A DNA stretch of 63,253 nucleotides, counting the filler, from Octopus bimaculoides (taxonomy: Eukaryota): the NCBI RefSeq assembly GCF_001194135.2. It is 5 parts of 5 records of this genome, joined end to end, with 100 filler letters (N's around TTAATTAATTAA, not from the genome) between each part and the next. Parts side by side here need not be neighbours in the genome. Positions count along the whole stretch, not along the records: positions 1 to 25,319 come from NC_068981.1; 4 more parts are not named here. One strand, 5' to 3'. Of the stretch, positions 11,734 through 24,350 are shown one piece after another. The notes under the pieces are model-generated. The model worked only from the letters and a program-made list of their open reading frames with translations, was not told the DNA's origin and did not search any database. The translations under genes were made by a program, and so were the position numbers. Position 1 is the stretch's first letter; every line of letters starts with the position of its first letter.

Positions 11734-12129
11734 TTAAACTCCATAATATGTGTTCTTTTTGTTTTTTCTAAAGTGTCTTCTATGGGTTTTGTGATTTTTC
11801 TTATAATGTTTATGGTTTTTTTTAAAGACATGATGTTTGTGATGTGGTTTATGGTGAGCCTTGTGATGTGATTTATGATGAACTTTGTGATGTGGTTTAT
11901 GGTGAACTTTGTGATGTGATTTATGATGGGGTATGTGATGATGTTTATGATGATGCTCATGTTGGGAATTGTGATCAGGCTTATTTCCAGGCTGGTGGTA
12001 TGGTGTGTTGAAAGTTGTATATGTATGGCTTTCATTTTTGCCTTTGTCATGGTCATCAAAACTGTTGTCATGATAAAACCAGCATTCCTTCACTGAACCA
12101 TCAAACCGAAGAAACTGCATTTCGGTGTT
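11734..12129 (-). CDS. Probable terminal coding exon (131 aa) with a His/Lys-rich (HHKx)8 tail; host gene unidentified
   Basis: Strong acceptor (ttttgttttatttttccag|AAC) at 12130-12150. Open frame NTEMQFLRFDGSVKECWFYHD...HHKSHHKVHHKPHHKVHHKSHHKAHHKPHHKH...KNTYYGV to TAA at 11736-11734. His and Lys codons vary only synonymously across the repeats. Confidence 0.7.
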   Translation of the reverse strand, partial: NTEMQFLRFDGSVKECWFYHDNSFDDHDKGKNESHTYTTFNTPYHQPGNKPDHNSQHEHHHKHHHIPHHKSHHKVHHKPHHKVHHKSHHKAHHKPHHKHHVFKKNHKHYKKNHKTHRRHFRKNKKNTYYGV

Positions 12130-13919
12130 CTGGAAAAATAAAACAAAACAACAAAAAAAGAATGATTATGAAAAAATGTTATATATAACCGCAAAGAGGA
12201 TAATTATGATGATGCCAATGATAATGTTTCTATTAATCACAGTAGGCTTAAGTTATGGAAATGAACAAAAGTATGTTTTTAAACAAATAAAGTATTATTG
12301 ATAATTTTTTTTTCTTTCAATTTACCAAGTTATCCTACATCAAGTAGTTCCCAGCAGGGTAATAACACAACTAATTATCCAACTCAAGAGGCAACCTATG
12401 CTTCACAAAGCTTATCACTTCTTTAGGATCTCTTCTTTAAAATGGGCTCGTTTACCTGTAGCAATTTGATCAAAATTTAATTGCACATAGCACCAAACAT
12501 AGGATGTGTTTTAAATGAAGTTATTTTGTAAAATAATACTGATTTCTTTATAAAAAGGTTCACTCTGTATCAACAGTGGATTTTTTCTTCGGTATCTTTT
12601 TCATTTCTGTATGGAGTAATCCACAATATAAAAGCTTCATGCATTCTACATTGGCCATTGGTACCGATTTGTTGTTTAGTCAGAAGCTTTAATGCAGAAT
12701 CTGGATCTTTTCAGTTTGACTGCCAAAGTTTGAAAGTTCAAATTTATTGAAAATTTTAAAATTTACTCCATTAATGTAGTTTTCCAAGCTGAATCTCAGG
12801 AGATATTTCACTTTTTATTGAAAAATCTTATAAAAAGGTTAGAGGTTTAAAGTTTTATAATTTTCACCCACTTAGAAAACAGGATTTGGAAGCTCTCATT
12901 TTGTGTGTAAACAAATCAAATTCTACTTTATAACCCCTCATAACTTTTTTATTTTTTGGAATTTTCAGAGAATTTTTGAAAATTTTTATTCTACACAATT
13001 TATGTGATTATCCAAAAATAAAATAAAAAAATGTTTTGGTGTGTGATTTAAGGCCTATTTGACTTATTTTTAGCACATCAATGAGTGGAAATCATTTGTC
13101 AACATATGCTTTCTCACAGACAAAAGAGTTCTTATGCTTGGCTTTGCTACTATGGAGACAGGCATGAATGTGTCTATGGCTTATGATTGGCTGAAATAAC
13201 TCAAAATTTTGCAAACATTAAAAGCTAATAACTCTTAATTTATTGATTTATTGCGAAAATGAAAGCAGTGATTAGCATATAAAACTATATCATTGCACCG
13301 AATATGAAATCAATTCAAGCAAGAATTGAAGAGATTGAATATTGGCAACCAAAGAGAAAAGATCCCAGAACCCTTCTGAATCACTATTGCAATTTTTTAT
13401 ACTGTGATATTATGCACGTGCAATATTGATATTCTATTCACTCATTAGCCCTGACAGTTCATAACATCTACAATCAGCATTTTAGCATTTAAAATACTGA
13501 AATGTATATATATTGTGCTTTGGTTAGCAGGCCACAAATCTGGGCCATTGGTCAATTTCCATGATGATGGTTGCATCAGTTTTGTTGTCTGAAATGATTG
13601 CCATTTATTTTTTTACAAAATATGTCATTATATAGGAAAATACTCAAATATACATGCACATACACATATAGATACACAAAGATGGAGAACAAGACAGGCC
13701 CAAACAATGTTATGTGATGAATATCTCAATATTAGAAACAACTTTACCTTGATTCCACTTGTATTAGTAGTAACTGACCAGAAAAATAAGCAACAAAGTG
13801 AGATTTTAGATTGTAAAGTCTGTTGCAATTTACATTTTAATGATAAAATAATGGTATTGGCAATGTGTTTTTAAAACACAGTCACAAGGCCATTCATTCA
13901 CAGCTTGGGGTGAGATTTG

Positions 13920-14134
13920 ATGGCAAGCCAGTAGAATTGCTAGTGACCCAGACAACATGCTTTGCAGTATTTTGTCCATCCTTACAGTCTGAGTTCAAAT
14001 TCTGCAAAGGTTGATTTTGCTTTTCATTTTTAGGGTTGATAAAATAAATTCCAGTTGAGCACTGGGAACAATATAATCAACTAACTACCTCCCACCAAAT
14101 TTTAGGCCCTGTGCCTATAGTAGAAAGGATTATT
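13920..14134 (+). mobile_element. tRNA-derived SINE (family A), degenerate
   Basis: CTGAGTTCAAATTC B-box-like head and GACTTTGC.TTTCAT core shared with 14821, 27594 and 60818. Confidence 0.6.
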
Positions 14135-14289
14135 TTATTGACTCAGAAAGAATTAAAGACATGAGATATTGCAATGGATTTTTTGAAATTTTGTAAATTC
14201 TGTTTCCCAAACAAAAACAACAACAACAATAATAATGATGATGATGATGATGGTCTCTTCTGTTGAACATGAAATATGCACAAATGATT

Positions 14290-14477
14290 TCTGTATAGTA
14301 ATCAAATGCATGTGCTGTACATTAGCTCACTTCCACTTTCAAATAGATCTTGTCTGTACAGAGCAATGTGAAATGAAGTGGTTTGGTCAAGAATACAATG
14401 CATGGCTCAGTGCAGGAATTGAACCCACAATCTGTGATTGTTAGAGCAACACCCAAACCACTAGGCCACACATCTTC
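14290..14477 (-). mobile_element. tRNA-derived SINE (third family)
   Basis: Reverse strand has A-box (CCTAGTGGTTTGG) and B-box (GGTTCAATTCC) like motifs; related to 60605-60760. Confidence 0.5.
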
Positions 14478-14514
14478 ACAACAACAATAACAACAACAAC
14501 AACAAAAACAACAA

Positions 14515-15565
14515 TAATGTGGTGGCTCAGCAAGGGTGACCTAAAAAAGAAAACTGAAAGCCTAATCATCGCTGCCCAGAATCAGGCATTGAATACCAAC
14601 TCAGTGAAAAGGGATGTATAGCACACAAGTGCAATGAACCTTTGCAGAATGTGTGGGAAGAGGTTTGAAAGTGTGACTTACATTGTTAGTGCTTGTGAAA
14701 GTCATGTGCAGAAAGAGTACAAGCACAGACATGACAAGGTAGCCCAAAACCTTCACTGGCTACTATGTTGGAGGTATGGTTATGAGGTAACAGGTGCTTA
14801 GTACCAACATACACCAGAAAAGGCAGTGAGCTGGCAGAAACGTTAGCACGCCGGGCAAAATGCTTAGCAGTATTTCGTCTGCTGTTACGTTCTGAGTTCA
14901 AATTCTGCCAAGGTCGACTTTGCCTTTCATTCTTTCAGGGTCAATAAATTAAGTACCAGTTATGCACTGCAGTCAATGTAATCGACTTAATCCTTTTGTC
15001 TGTCCTTGTTTGTCCCCTCTATGTTTAGCCCCTTGTGAGCAATAAAAAAATAAGAAAAGGTAATGGATGTAAAGGGGAAGGCATAAATCGTCTGGGACTT
15101 CCAGACAGACAAGGTGTTAAAGCACTGAAGGCTGGACATAGTAACCTTTAGGAGGGACAAACAAACATGTTTAATAATCAACATGGCAATACCAGGAGAT
15201 CAATATATCATCATGAAAGAAAGAGAAAAGATTGATAAATATGGAGCCCTGAGAATTGAGATCGCCAAGATGTAGTGGTTATGAGTGTCAAACATGAAGG
15301 TTGTCCCTATTGTCATCAGAGCAGTGGGTTCAATACCACCCAACCTGAAGAAACATCTGGAAACTTTAGAAATACCCTACAATCTAGGTGCATTGCAAAA
15401 ATCGGCATTACTTGGAATTGCATGCATATTATGTAAAGTAGTCTGTCTGAGATCCTTGTTGTGACTTGACAAACAGTAAAAAACCCCAGTAGATACAATA
15501 TCTTCAATCAACAACATCACAATATTGGATACTGAGTGACATCTTAAATAATAATAATAACAATA
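14515..15565 (+). mobile_element. 5'-truncated R4/Dong-like LINE 3' fragment, interrupted by a SINE
   Basis: WWLSKGDLKKKTESLIIAAQNQALNTN, C-x2-C knuckle, RLE-like region, (AAT)n tail at ~15548-15570. Closely similar to 17520-18322. Confidence 0.8.
14821..15053 (+). mobile_element. tRNA-derived SINE (family A) inserted in the R4-like LINE
   Basis: GGCAGTGAGCTGGCAGAAACGTTAGC...GAGTTCAAATTC head. Flanked by the duplicated AGAAAAGG target sequence. Confidence 0.85.
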
Positions 15566-15571
15566 ATAATC

Positions 15572-18322
15572 ATTAGAATTTTTGAACCAGCTGGGTATAT
15601 TCCAGATTACTAAAAATGGGCTCATGAATCAAATAAGAATAATTTGGAATAGAGGCTTTCTTAATGAAGCTCAGATTCAGACAATCAGGAAAAATCTTCT
15701 GTAGTGGTAATAACTTTGAGGAGGATAATATTGGTGAAGATCAGTGAATGCATAGGCAAGGTGGAGTTGTAGTAGAGGAGAGGCCAGCCGATCAATATAA
15801 TGTGGAGAACCTTGTATTACAAGAGGATATGACTGAAGAACAGAGAAACCTCATGATAAGACTCAAGGACCTAATGGTTACAAGAACAGGGACCAATCTA
15901 GTGAATTTGAGAAGCTTCGACAGTAATGATGTGAAACACATGACCCAAAAAGTTGGTGAGGTTCTAAAAAACATTCTAACAAAAAATCTAATGGAAACAA
16001 GGGACTTGATTAGATCCACTTCAATTTTAGTAGATGAACTGGTTGGAAAGAAAGAGAGGGAAGCAGACAGAAGGAGCCATAGTGGAAGCAGAGAATTGAA
16101 GGCGATATTAAAACTTTGTATAAAGATCTAAGTTGCATAGAAAAATGGTCCAAAGGGCAGTGGGAAAATGCCAAAAAAAAAGGTGCAAGGGCATATCTTG
16201 AAATAGAAAAGAAAGGGTTCAAAACATGTGCAGGCGAAAACATTAAAGGTGCTACACTGATTGCATATTGCACTTCCAGCAAAACAGGTTATTCTCAAAT
16301 AACCAGAGGCAGTTTTTTTTTAAGAGCTTAGGAGGAGATACAGAAGATAATACACCTGAAGCAGAGTAAACCCACCAATTTTGGAATAACATTAGGGGGC
16401 AAGAAGTTTCCCCACAACCACAGTGCTGAGTGGATTTATTCCATGAGATCCGAACTCCATCACCCAGAAGTGCCATGTTCACATAACAACAGAAGATGTA
16501 ATTGCACAGGTATTAAAACTGCCAAACTTGAAAGCAGAAAGACCAGACAGAATTCAAGGTTACTAGCTCAAGTGGTTTAGGTCAATACGCAAGTGAATTG
16601 TGTTGCAATTAGACAATTGCCTACAGAATGGTACAGTTCCAGAATGGATTGTAGAGGCATAGACAACATTGTTGATGAAAGATCGGTCAAAGAGCAATGA
16701 GGTTGGCAATTACCAACCCATTGCTTGTCTTAACCTCTTATGGAAAGTGTTAACAGGCATCCTCACAGGTAAAATATATATGTTCCTTGCAGAAAACAAT
16801 TTACTTCCAGTATAACAAAAGGGATGCTGAAAAGGATCCAAGGGCACCGAGGATCACCTTGTGATAGACGAGGTTGTAATCAAGAACTGCAAACAGTACC
16901 AAATAACTTGTGCATGGCCTGGATAGACTTTAAAAAAGCTTATGACATCGCATTTGTGGATTCTAGAAACATTCAACATGTGTGGAATAGCTGGGAACGC
17001 ATGTGCACTGACTTAGAACAGATTACCTAGTTGGAAAACATGTATTTTCTGTAACAACCAGCTCTTAACCAAGGTAACAGTCAAAAGAAATATTTTCCAG
17101 GGAGATTTTTGTTCATCTTTGTTATTTGTTATAGCCTTGATCCCATTTTCTGTAGTCTTGTGCAAAGTCAACATGCACTGTGAGCTGAGAAAGAGTTAAT
17201 CTTGTCTCAACCACCTTTTCTTAATGGGTGATTTAAAATGTACACAGGCTGTACAAGAAGAGCTGTAAAAGTGGACATGGGCTGATTAGCATACAGGAGT
17301 GCATCAACAGTGAAAGAAGAAACATGACAGAATATTTAGTGAATAGCAAACAAGACCTTCTACAGCCAATGCAGAAGGATTTACCAAAAATGGACTTGAG
17401 AATGCTAATGAATTCCAATCACGAATAGCCAATGAAAGAGAAGAAACTCTACTCCATATGAAATTACCTGGTAAGTTCCACCGTAAAACTAACAACCTAA
17501 AAGAGCAGGAAGCATAATGGAGGTGGTTCAACAAGAGTGATCTAAAAAAGAAGACTGAAAGCTTAATCATTGCTGCCCAGAATCAGGCATTGAATACCAA
17601 CTCAGTGAAAAGGGATATATATCACACAAATGCAAATGAACCTCTGCAGAATGTGTGGGAAGAGGGTCGAAAACATGACTTACATTGTTAGTGCTTGTGA
17701 AAGTCTTGTACAGAAAGTGTACAAGGGCAGACATAACAAGATAGCCCAAAACCTTCACTGGCTACTATGCTAGAGTTATGAATATGAGGTAATGGATGCT
17801 TGGTACCAACATACACCTGAAAACATAATGGACATAAAGAGGAAGGCAAAAATCCTCTTGGACTTTGACTTCCAGACAGAAAAGGTGTTAGAGAACTGAA
17901 GGCTAGATATAGTAACCTTTAGGAAGGACAAACAAGCATGCCTAGTAATTGACATAGCAGTTCCAAGAGATTATTATGAAAGAAAAAGAAAAGATTGATA
18001 AATATGGAGATCTGAGAATTGAGATTGCCAAGATGTGGTAGCTACAGGAGTCAAACATAAAGATTGTCCCTGTTGTCATTAGAGCATTGGATTCAATACC
18101 ACCCAACCTGAAGAAACATCTAGAAACTTTAGAAAATCCTACAATCTAGGTGTATTGCAAAAATCGGTATTACTCGGAACTGCACACACATTGCATAAAG
18201 TGCTGTTTGTCTGAGATCCTTGATGTGACTTGGCAGACAGTACAAACCCCCAGTAAACACAATAGCTTCAATCAATATCAAAATACTGAATACTGTGAAA
18301 TGTCTTGATAATAATAATAATT
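15572..18322 (+). mobile_element. R4/Dong-like non-LTR retrotransposon (RT + restriction-like endonuclease), decayed with an internal deletion
   Basis: GNYQPIACLNLLWKVLTGIL, QKGC.KGSKGT.DHLVID, AWIDFKKAYD, GIFQGD, IIAAQNQAL, DF.FQTDKVLE..R.DIV, LVIDIAVP, K.DKYGDL.IEI, (AAT)n tail. Confidence 0.85.
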
Positions 18323-19454
18323 GTTTCTAATTTAGGCACAAGACCAGCAATGGAGTTATTTAATACCATTGACTTCAGTACTTAACTGGTGCCTCATTTT
18401 ATCAACCCTGAAATGATAAAAAACAAAACTGAGCTTGGTGGATTTTGAGCTCGCAAATACTGCTCTAACAATTCTGCTAGCATTTTCTAAAATAGTTTAC
18501 ATATTCTGGGAGAAGAAACACTTGATTGGATAAAGCCTACTATTTACCTGTTTCTTATTTTATTGACCTCAAGATTGACTAACAAGATTCGAACTCAGAA
18601 CTGACTGTCTCAAGACTGAGTTTCTATACCTCCCATTAAATTATAATAGTTTTTAATTTAAAGTCACTAGGTCAGCAATTCTGAGGGAATGGGGTTAGTT
18701 GTTTTATCAACTCCAGTACTTGATTGGTACAAACCCCTGGTAGACACAATATCTGGGTCATTAAAATAACCCCAAAAGATAAAAGGCATAGCTGACCTCA
18801 ATGGGATTTGAACTTACAAATGGAAGTATCATAACTAAATAGCACAAGGTATTTTGTCCAAGGCTCTAATGATTTTTGCCTATCCAATGACATAGAACAC
18901 ATGCAAAATGAAATTTAAAAAAAATCTTACACTAAAACTAACACTATTTACAAACAGATTAACCATACTCAACAAGAGCCTAACTAACTGGAATCTAACA
19001 GGTAGCTTTCTAAATAACTGAATTTCCATATCTGGATTTCCAGTTATGTCATTACATGACCCCTGTTTTTAAAATGGCATGAGCATTTACATTTTTCTAT
19101 GCACTATAAATATGTGATGTTGCAACAAATTAAAGCAATAAAATACTTTTCCGGGCGATGTATGTAAAAATTTTCCATGTGAGAATCCATTACAGCTTTG
19201 CTAAAATTGTTCTGATACCCTAGTTGACAACTTTTATTCATTTCCAAATGAGGTAATAATCCTCCAGTCTATTGAGCAAGAAACAACCAGCCATGCTCCA
19301 CCATTAAGTAGAGCAGTGTGAAACAATCCACACCATGTGGTAATGTATCAAAGAAGTGCAGGCTTTTTATACCTGATAGATCTCATAACCTGTTTAGATC
19401 TTAGAACTATACTGACCTACTGAACTCTAGATATGAAATTTCTATTTTATTTTC

Positions 19455-19596
19455 ACAGGCATTGCTGTGTGGTAAGAAGTTTGCTTTCCAATCACATAGT
19501 TCTGGGTTCAGTCACAATTTGTGGCACCTTTTACTATAGCCTCAGATCGACCAAAGCCTTGTGTGTGGACTTGGTAGATGGAAAGGGAAAGAAATT

Positions 19597-19600
<4 letters not shown>
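19455..19600 (+). mobile_element. tRNA-derived SINE head (family B)
   Basis: GCTGTGTGGTAAGAAG...GGGTTCAGTC...CCAAAGCCTTGTG.GTGGA followed by (AT)n. Confidence 0.7.
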
Positions 19601-19648
<48 letters not shown>

Positions 19649-20105
19649 NNNNNNNNNNNNNNNNNNNNNNNNNNNNNNNNNNNNNNNNNNNNNNNNNNNN
19701 NNNNNNNNNNNNNNNNNNNNNNNNNNNNNNNNNNNNNNNNNNNNNNNNNNNNNNNNNNNNNNNNNNNNNNNNNNNNNNNNNNNNNNNNNNNNNNNNNNNN
19801 NNNNNNNNNNNNNNNNNNNNNNNNNNNNNNNNNNNNNNNNNNNNNNNNNNNNNNNNNNNNNNNNNNNNNNNNNNNNNNNNNNNNNNNNNNNNNNNNNNNN
19901 NNNNNNNNNNNNNNNNNNNNNNNNNNNNNNNNNNNNNNNNNNNNNNNNNNNNNNNNNNNNNNNNNNNNNNNNNNNNNNNNNNNNNNNNNNNNNNNNNNNN
20001 NNNNNNNNNNNNNNNNNNNNNNNNNNNNNNNNNNNNNNNNNNNNNNNNNNNNNNNNNNNNNNNNNNNNNNNNNNNNNNNNNNNNNNNNNNNNNNNNNNNN
20101 NNNNN

Positions 20106-20285
20106 GTGGCACGTAAAAGCACCCACTACACTCTCAGAGTGGTTGGCGTTAGGAAGGGCATCCAGCTGTAGAAACTCTGCCAAATCAGATTGGAGCCTGG
20201 TGTAGCCATCCGGTTTCACCAGTCCTCAGTCAAATCGTCCAACCCATGCTAGCATGGAAAGCGGACGTTAAACGATGATGATGAT
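20106..20285 (+). mobile_element. RTE LINE 3'-UTR fragment with (GAT)n tail
   Basis: Reverse complement of the 3' end seen at 3778-3935; CCCATGCTAGCATGGAAAGCGGACGTTAAACGATGATG. Confidence 0.8.
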
Positions 20286-20295
20286 ATATATATAT

Positions 20296-22990
20296 CATCA
20301 TCATCAACATTGAAACATCCGTTGTCCATGCTAGCATTGGGTTGGACAGTTTGACCAGGGCTGGTAAGCTGAGGGGCTGCACCAGACTTCAGTCTGATTT
20401 AGTATGGTTTCTACAGCTGGATGCCCTTCCTAACGCCAACCACTCTGAGAATGTAATGGGTGCTTTTACGTGCCACTGGCATGAGTGTCAATTGCATGAC
20501 ACCGGTATCTGACATGACTACAATTTCACTTGGCTTGATGGGTCTTCTTCTCAAACACAGCATATTGCTAAAGGTTTTGATCATTTGCCATTGCCTCCAT
20601 GAGGCCCAGCACTAGAAAAGTGCTTTTTACATTCCACCAGCATAGGTGCTAGTTATGTGACACTGGCATCAGTCACATTGCCTTTACAAGTCCCAATGCT
20701 TGAAAGGTGCTTTTTACAAGCCACCAACATGAGTACCAGTTACATGACACTGACAACAGCCACTATTTCACTTGACAAGTCTTCTCAAGCACAGCATATC
20801 ACCAAAGGTCTCAATTACTAGTCATTGCCTCTGTGAGGCCTTACATTCAAAGATCATGCGTCACCATCTCGTCCCACGTCTTCCCCAGTCTCCCTCTTCC
20901 ACTGGCAGAGATTGGCACTTCTTCACGCAGTTGTTCACATCCATATACATTCCATGACCATACCAACACAGTTGTCTCTCTTGCATACCACATCTGATGC
21001 CTCTTATGCCCAACTTTTCTCTCAAGACGTTTACATGCTGTTGTACATGCAAACTGACATTGGACATCAAACAAAGCACACTAGCTTCATTTCTTTCAAG
21101 CCTATGTATGTCCTTGGCAGTCACAGCCCATGTTTCACTACTGTGTAGCATGGCTGTTCACACACAGGCATCATACAATCTACCTTTCACTCTGTGCGGG
21201 AGGCCCTTTGTTACCAACAGAAGTAGGAGCTCTCTGAACTTTGACCAACATATTCTTATTCTACTGACTTGGTCACCTAGGTAATGAAAGTTATCACCAA
21301 ACTAGAAAGTTTCCCCTCTGACATTTGATGGACCCTATTTTCTGTACATTTTTAGTGTTAATTGTATCTGTGCATCTGCCACACACAAAAACTAGTTTCC
21401 TTGTTAACCTTCCTATGATATAGCTTACACTGGGTACATCTGATGGAATTTCTATCTACACTTTTCCTACAGATTGAGCAGGGCCATCTGCCTGAAGGGA
21501 TTTGTGATTTGTCTGCTTTCCTACTGACTAAGACTTTGGTTTTTGCTAGGTTAATTCTAAGGCTCTTCGATTCTAGACCTTGCTTCTACACCTGAAACTT
21601 CTTCTCTAGTTCTGGTAGTGATTCAGCTATAAGAACAAGTTCAACAGCATAAGTCATTTTAAATTTCTTTGTTATTACCTGGAGGACTATGATGATCAAG
21701 AGGGGGCCGAGGACCAATCCTTGGTGAACCCCTACTTGTACCCTGAATTTTTCACTGTACTTGATGCCAACCCTCACCTTACTGACAGCATCCTTGTACA
21801 TAGCTTGTACAGCTCTCACCAATCTCTATTTCTATTTTCCTCACTGACCACCAGATAAGGGATCAGGGTACTCTGTCGAAGGCTCTCTCCATGTCAACAA
21901 AAGCCAGGTACAGAGGTTTGTCTTTGGCTAGGTATTTCTCCTGCAGTTGCCTTATCAGAAATATAGCATCAGTGATGTTTCTCCCTGGCACAAAACCAAA
22001 CTGTGTCTCATCTAGACTAACTCTCTCCCTAATTAGTTGGGCTATGACTCTCTCCATGACCTTCATCGCCTGACCCAACAATTTAATGCCTCTGTAATTA
22101 TTTTTATCTAAAGCACCATTTTTACCTTTGTGACTATGGTGCTGCTACACCAGTTATTGGGTATCACTCTTTCATGTACCACCTGGTTAACTATGTAGGT
22201 GATTAGACCATAACCTACATCACTGGATATTTTAAGCATCGCAGCAGTGATTCCTGACAGGCTGGGGACTTTTCCTGTCTTCATGTCCTTAATTGCTTTA
22301 TCTACCAAAGTACTGTTGATTCAGATGGTTGGGCCCTCAGTTGGGTCAACATTTGGTAGACTCTTCTTCTCCCATTCATTCTCTTCATTTAACAGTCTTT
22401 TGTAATGGTGTCTTCAAGCCTCTTTCTTTGCAGAATCATTAAATGCAAGTGAATCATCAGCTATGAAAACATATTTCTCTCTTAACATCACAATTTTCTC
22501 CCACACGCTGTCTTGCAATCCTAAACACTTCAAGTTTCAGGTCCTCTTGTCACAGAACATTGGTAAACTACTTATATACCTGCCTCCTAGCTCCCCTTCT
22601 GGCTGTCTGATACAATTCCTTGCTACTACCACACTTCCAGGCTAGTTTCTTTGCCATTAGGCCTTGTCTACAGCATCATTCCACCACCACATCACCCTTG
22701 GTCTGGATAGGACTTTACACTGTCTGCAGATTTGGTCTGTGGTACTCAGCAAGCTGTCTCATTGGAATTCCCAGTTGACCTCTATGTTACAAGTCTGTAG
22801 TTCCTCCTCCTTTTCATCAAATTTCTCAACTAGGGTGTCCCTAAATCTCTGATTATACAGAGGATCCTGAAGCTGCTAAATCCTTCTTTTTCAGATTGGC
22901 CTTCTTATTGGCACCCTTCTGGCCTGAAGTCTAAAGTCACTAATGACTAGTCTATGCTGGTGGGTACATTTACACAGTCTCAGCCAGCCT
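20296..22990 (-). mobile_element. 5'-truncated RTE LINE, same family as 3778-7560
   Basis: QFGFVPGRNITDAIFLIRQLQEKYLAK..LAFVDMERAFDRVP, VGVHQGLVLGPLL, MLHSSETWAVT; (GAT)n tail at 20296. Confidence 0.9.
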
Positions 22991-23019
22991 CTCCATTTCA
23001 GGCTCTGTTTTGTGAAGAG

Positions 23020-23049
<30 letters not shown>

Positions 23050-23052
<3 letters not shown>

Positions 23053-24050
23053 ACTACTACCAATGGTACAGTCTACTTTGTTTGATTTGATGTTATGGGA
23101 AGCTACATTATAATAGTTATGATTTTTATTTTTACTTTTACTTTCCCTATTCTGAAGTTTAGGACCTCTTTTACAGTCATTTTTACTATTGCACCTACTT
23201 GTATTTTGTATGCATTTATATTTTTGTTCCTACAACTCTATATATGATCTCTAATTTTACTAGACATGGGGAAATAGCTAATGGTTTGTTTAAATCCCAC
23301 TTTTATTAAGGCTTTGTTGTAATGCTGAGTGTAGGTGTCAAAGATATTTTCATTAGCAGGGAAGTGTAATATTCTATTTGAGACACCGTTTATTAATGAG
23401 TTGATTACACCTGTAGGATGATTTGAAATGTGATGTACACAAGTTGTAGTCTCAACTGGTTTATAATATGGGTAAAATAGTCTTGATTTGAGGTCCAAAG
23501 TTACATCGAAAAAGTTCACAACCTTTAGGTTGTATTCAAAGATAATGTCTAGACTATAGTTTTTAAAGAATTTTTTCAGCTTTTTTCTCTCAGTGTATAT
23601 CTTACTGTTACTAGGGATAATAAACAAAGTGTCATCCCAACACAGACCTTCCAAATTTGGAAATAATTCTTGCAGTATTACAGTATTACAAATAGATACC
23701 ACAGAGATCAGTGACATGGACAGAATCATTTGATCCTACTGTGATATCAAAATTGTTTGGTCTATCTTTTGTAGTCCCTAATTTTCCTCAAACTCTACAA
23801 TAGTACATCTAGCATGTAGAATAATATTTAGCAAAAATTAAAGCTTCATCGAGTAGAGGTGAAATACTAGGGTAATAAGTAATGTCAAATTGAAGGAAAG
23901 AGTACCTACTTTTGTTCTATGTATTTCAGAACAAGTGTATGAGGGTGAGTAAGAAAGTTTGTAGACCGACTATGAAGGAGTGATACTAGAGCTGTGAAAT
24001 ATTGCATGCATTAATTCCAACCCTTCATATTAATAACTGCATTGTTTCTG
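23050..24050 (-). mobile_element. Penelope-like element RT fragment
   Basis: WDDTLFI, KVVNFFDVTLDL...YPYYKP...VHHISNHP..VINSLINGVSNRI...ENIF....HYNKAL are Penelope RT C-terminal motifs. Confidence 0.8.
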
Positions 24051-24059
24051 TACAGGTAA

Positions 24060-24350
24060 ACTGACATTGGACTGTTCAAAGTAGACTTCAAATGTAACTA
24101 GTTATTACTTCTCTTGAAAATGGACAAAATTTGACATCATGGTGTTATCAAGTACTTGCAGAGAAAGGGTTTAGTCCCCAAGGACATTCATGCTGACATG
24201 GTTGCTATATTAGGGGATGATGTTCCAGCTTTGTTGACGGTGCAAAAGTGAACAGCTGAATTTAGAAGGGGAAGGGAGAGTCTTGAAGATGACCTAACAT
24301 CTGGACATCCTACAACCACCACCACCGAGGAAAATATTGATAAAATGAAA
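24060..24350 (+). mobile_element. Mariner transposase N-terminal (HTH) fragment
   Basis: MDKI*HHGVIKYLQRKGL.PKDIHADMV..LGDD.P...TVQK*.AEFRRGRESLEDD..SGHP.T.TTEENIDK. Confidence 0.85.

Noticed and set aside
11734-12129. Assigning the His-rich exon to FGF, PAN/apple or a known beak His-rich protein family
   Set aside because: The motif resemblance (QFL, EC.F) is too weak and no supporting exons could be assembled, so the gene symbol is left empty.
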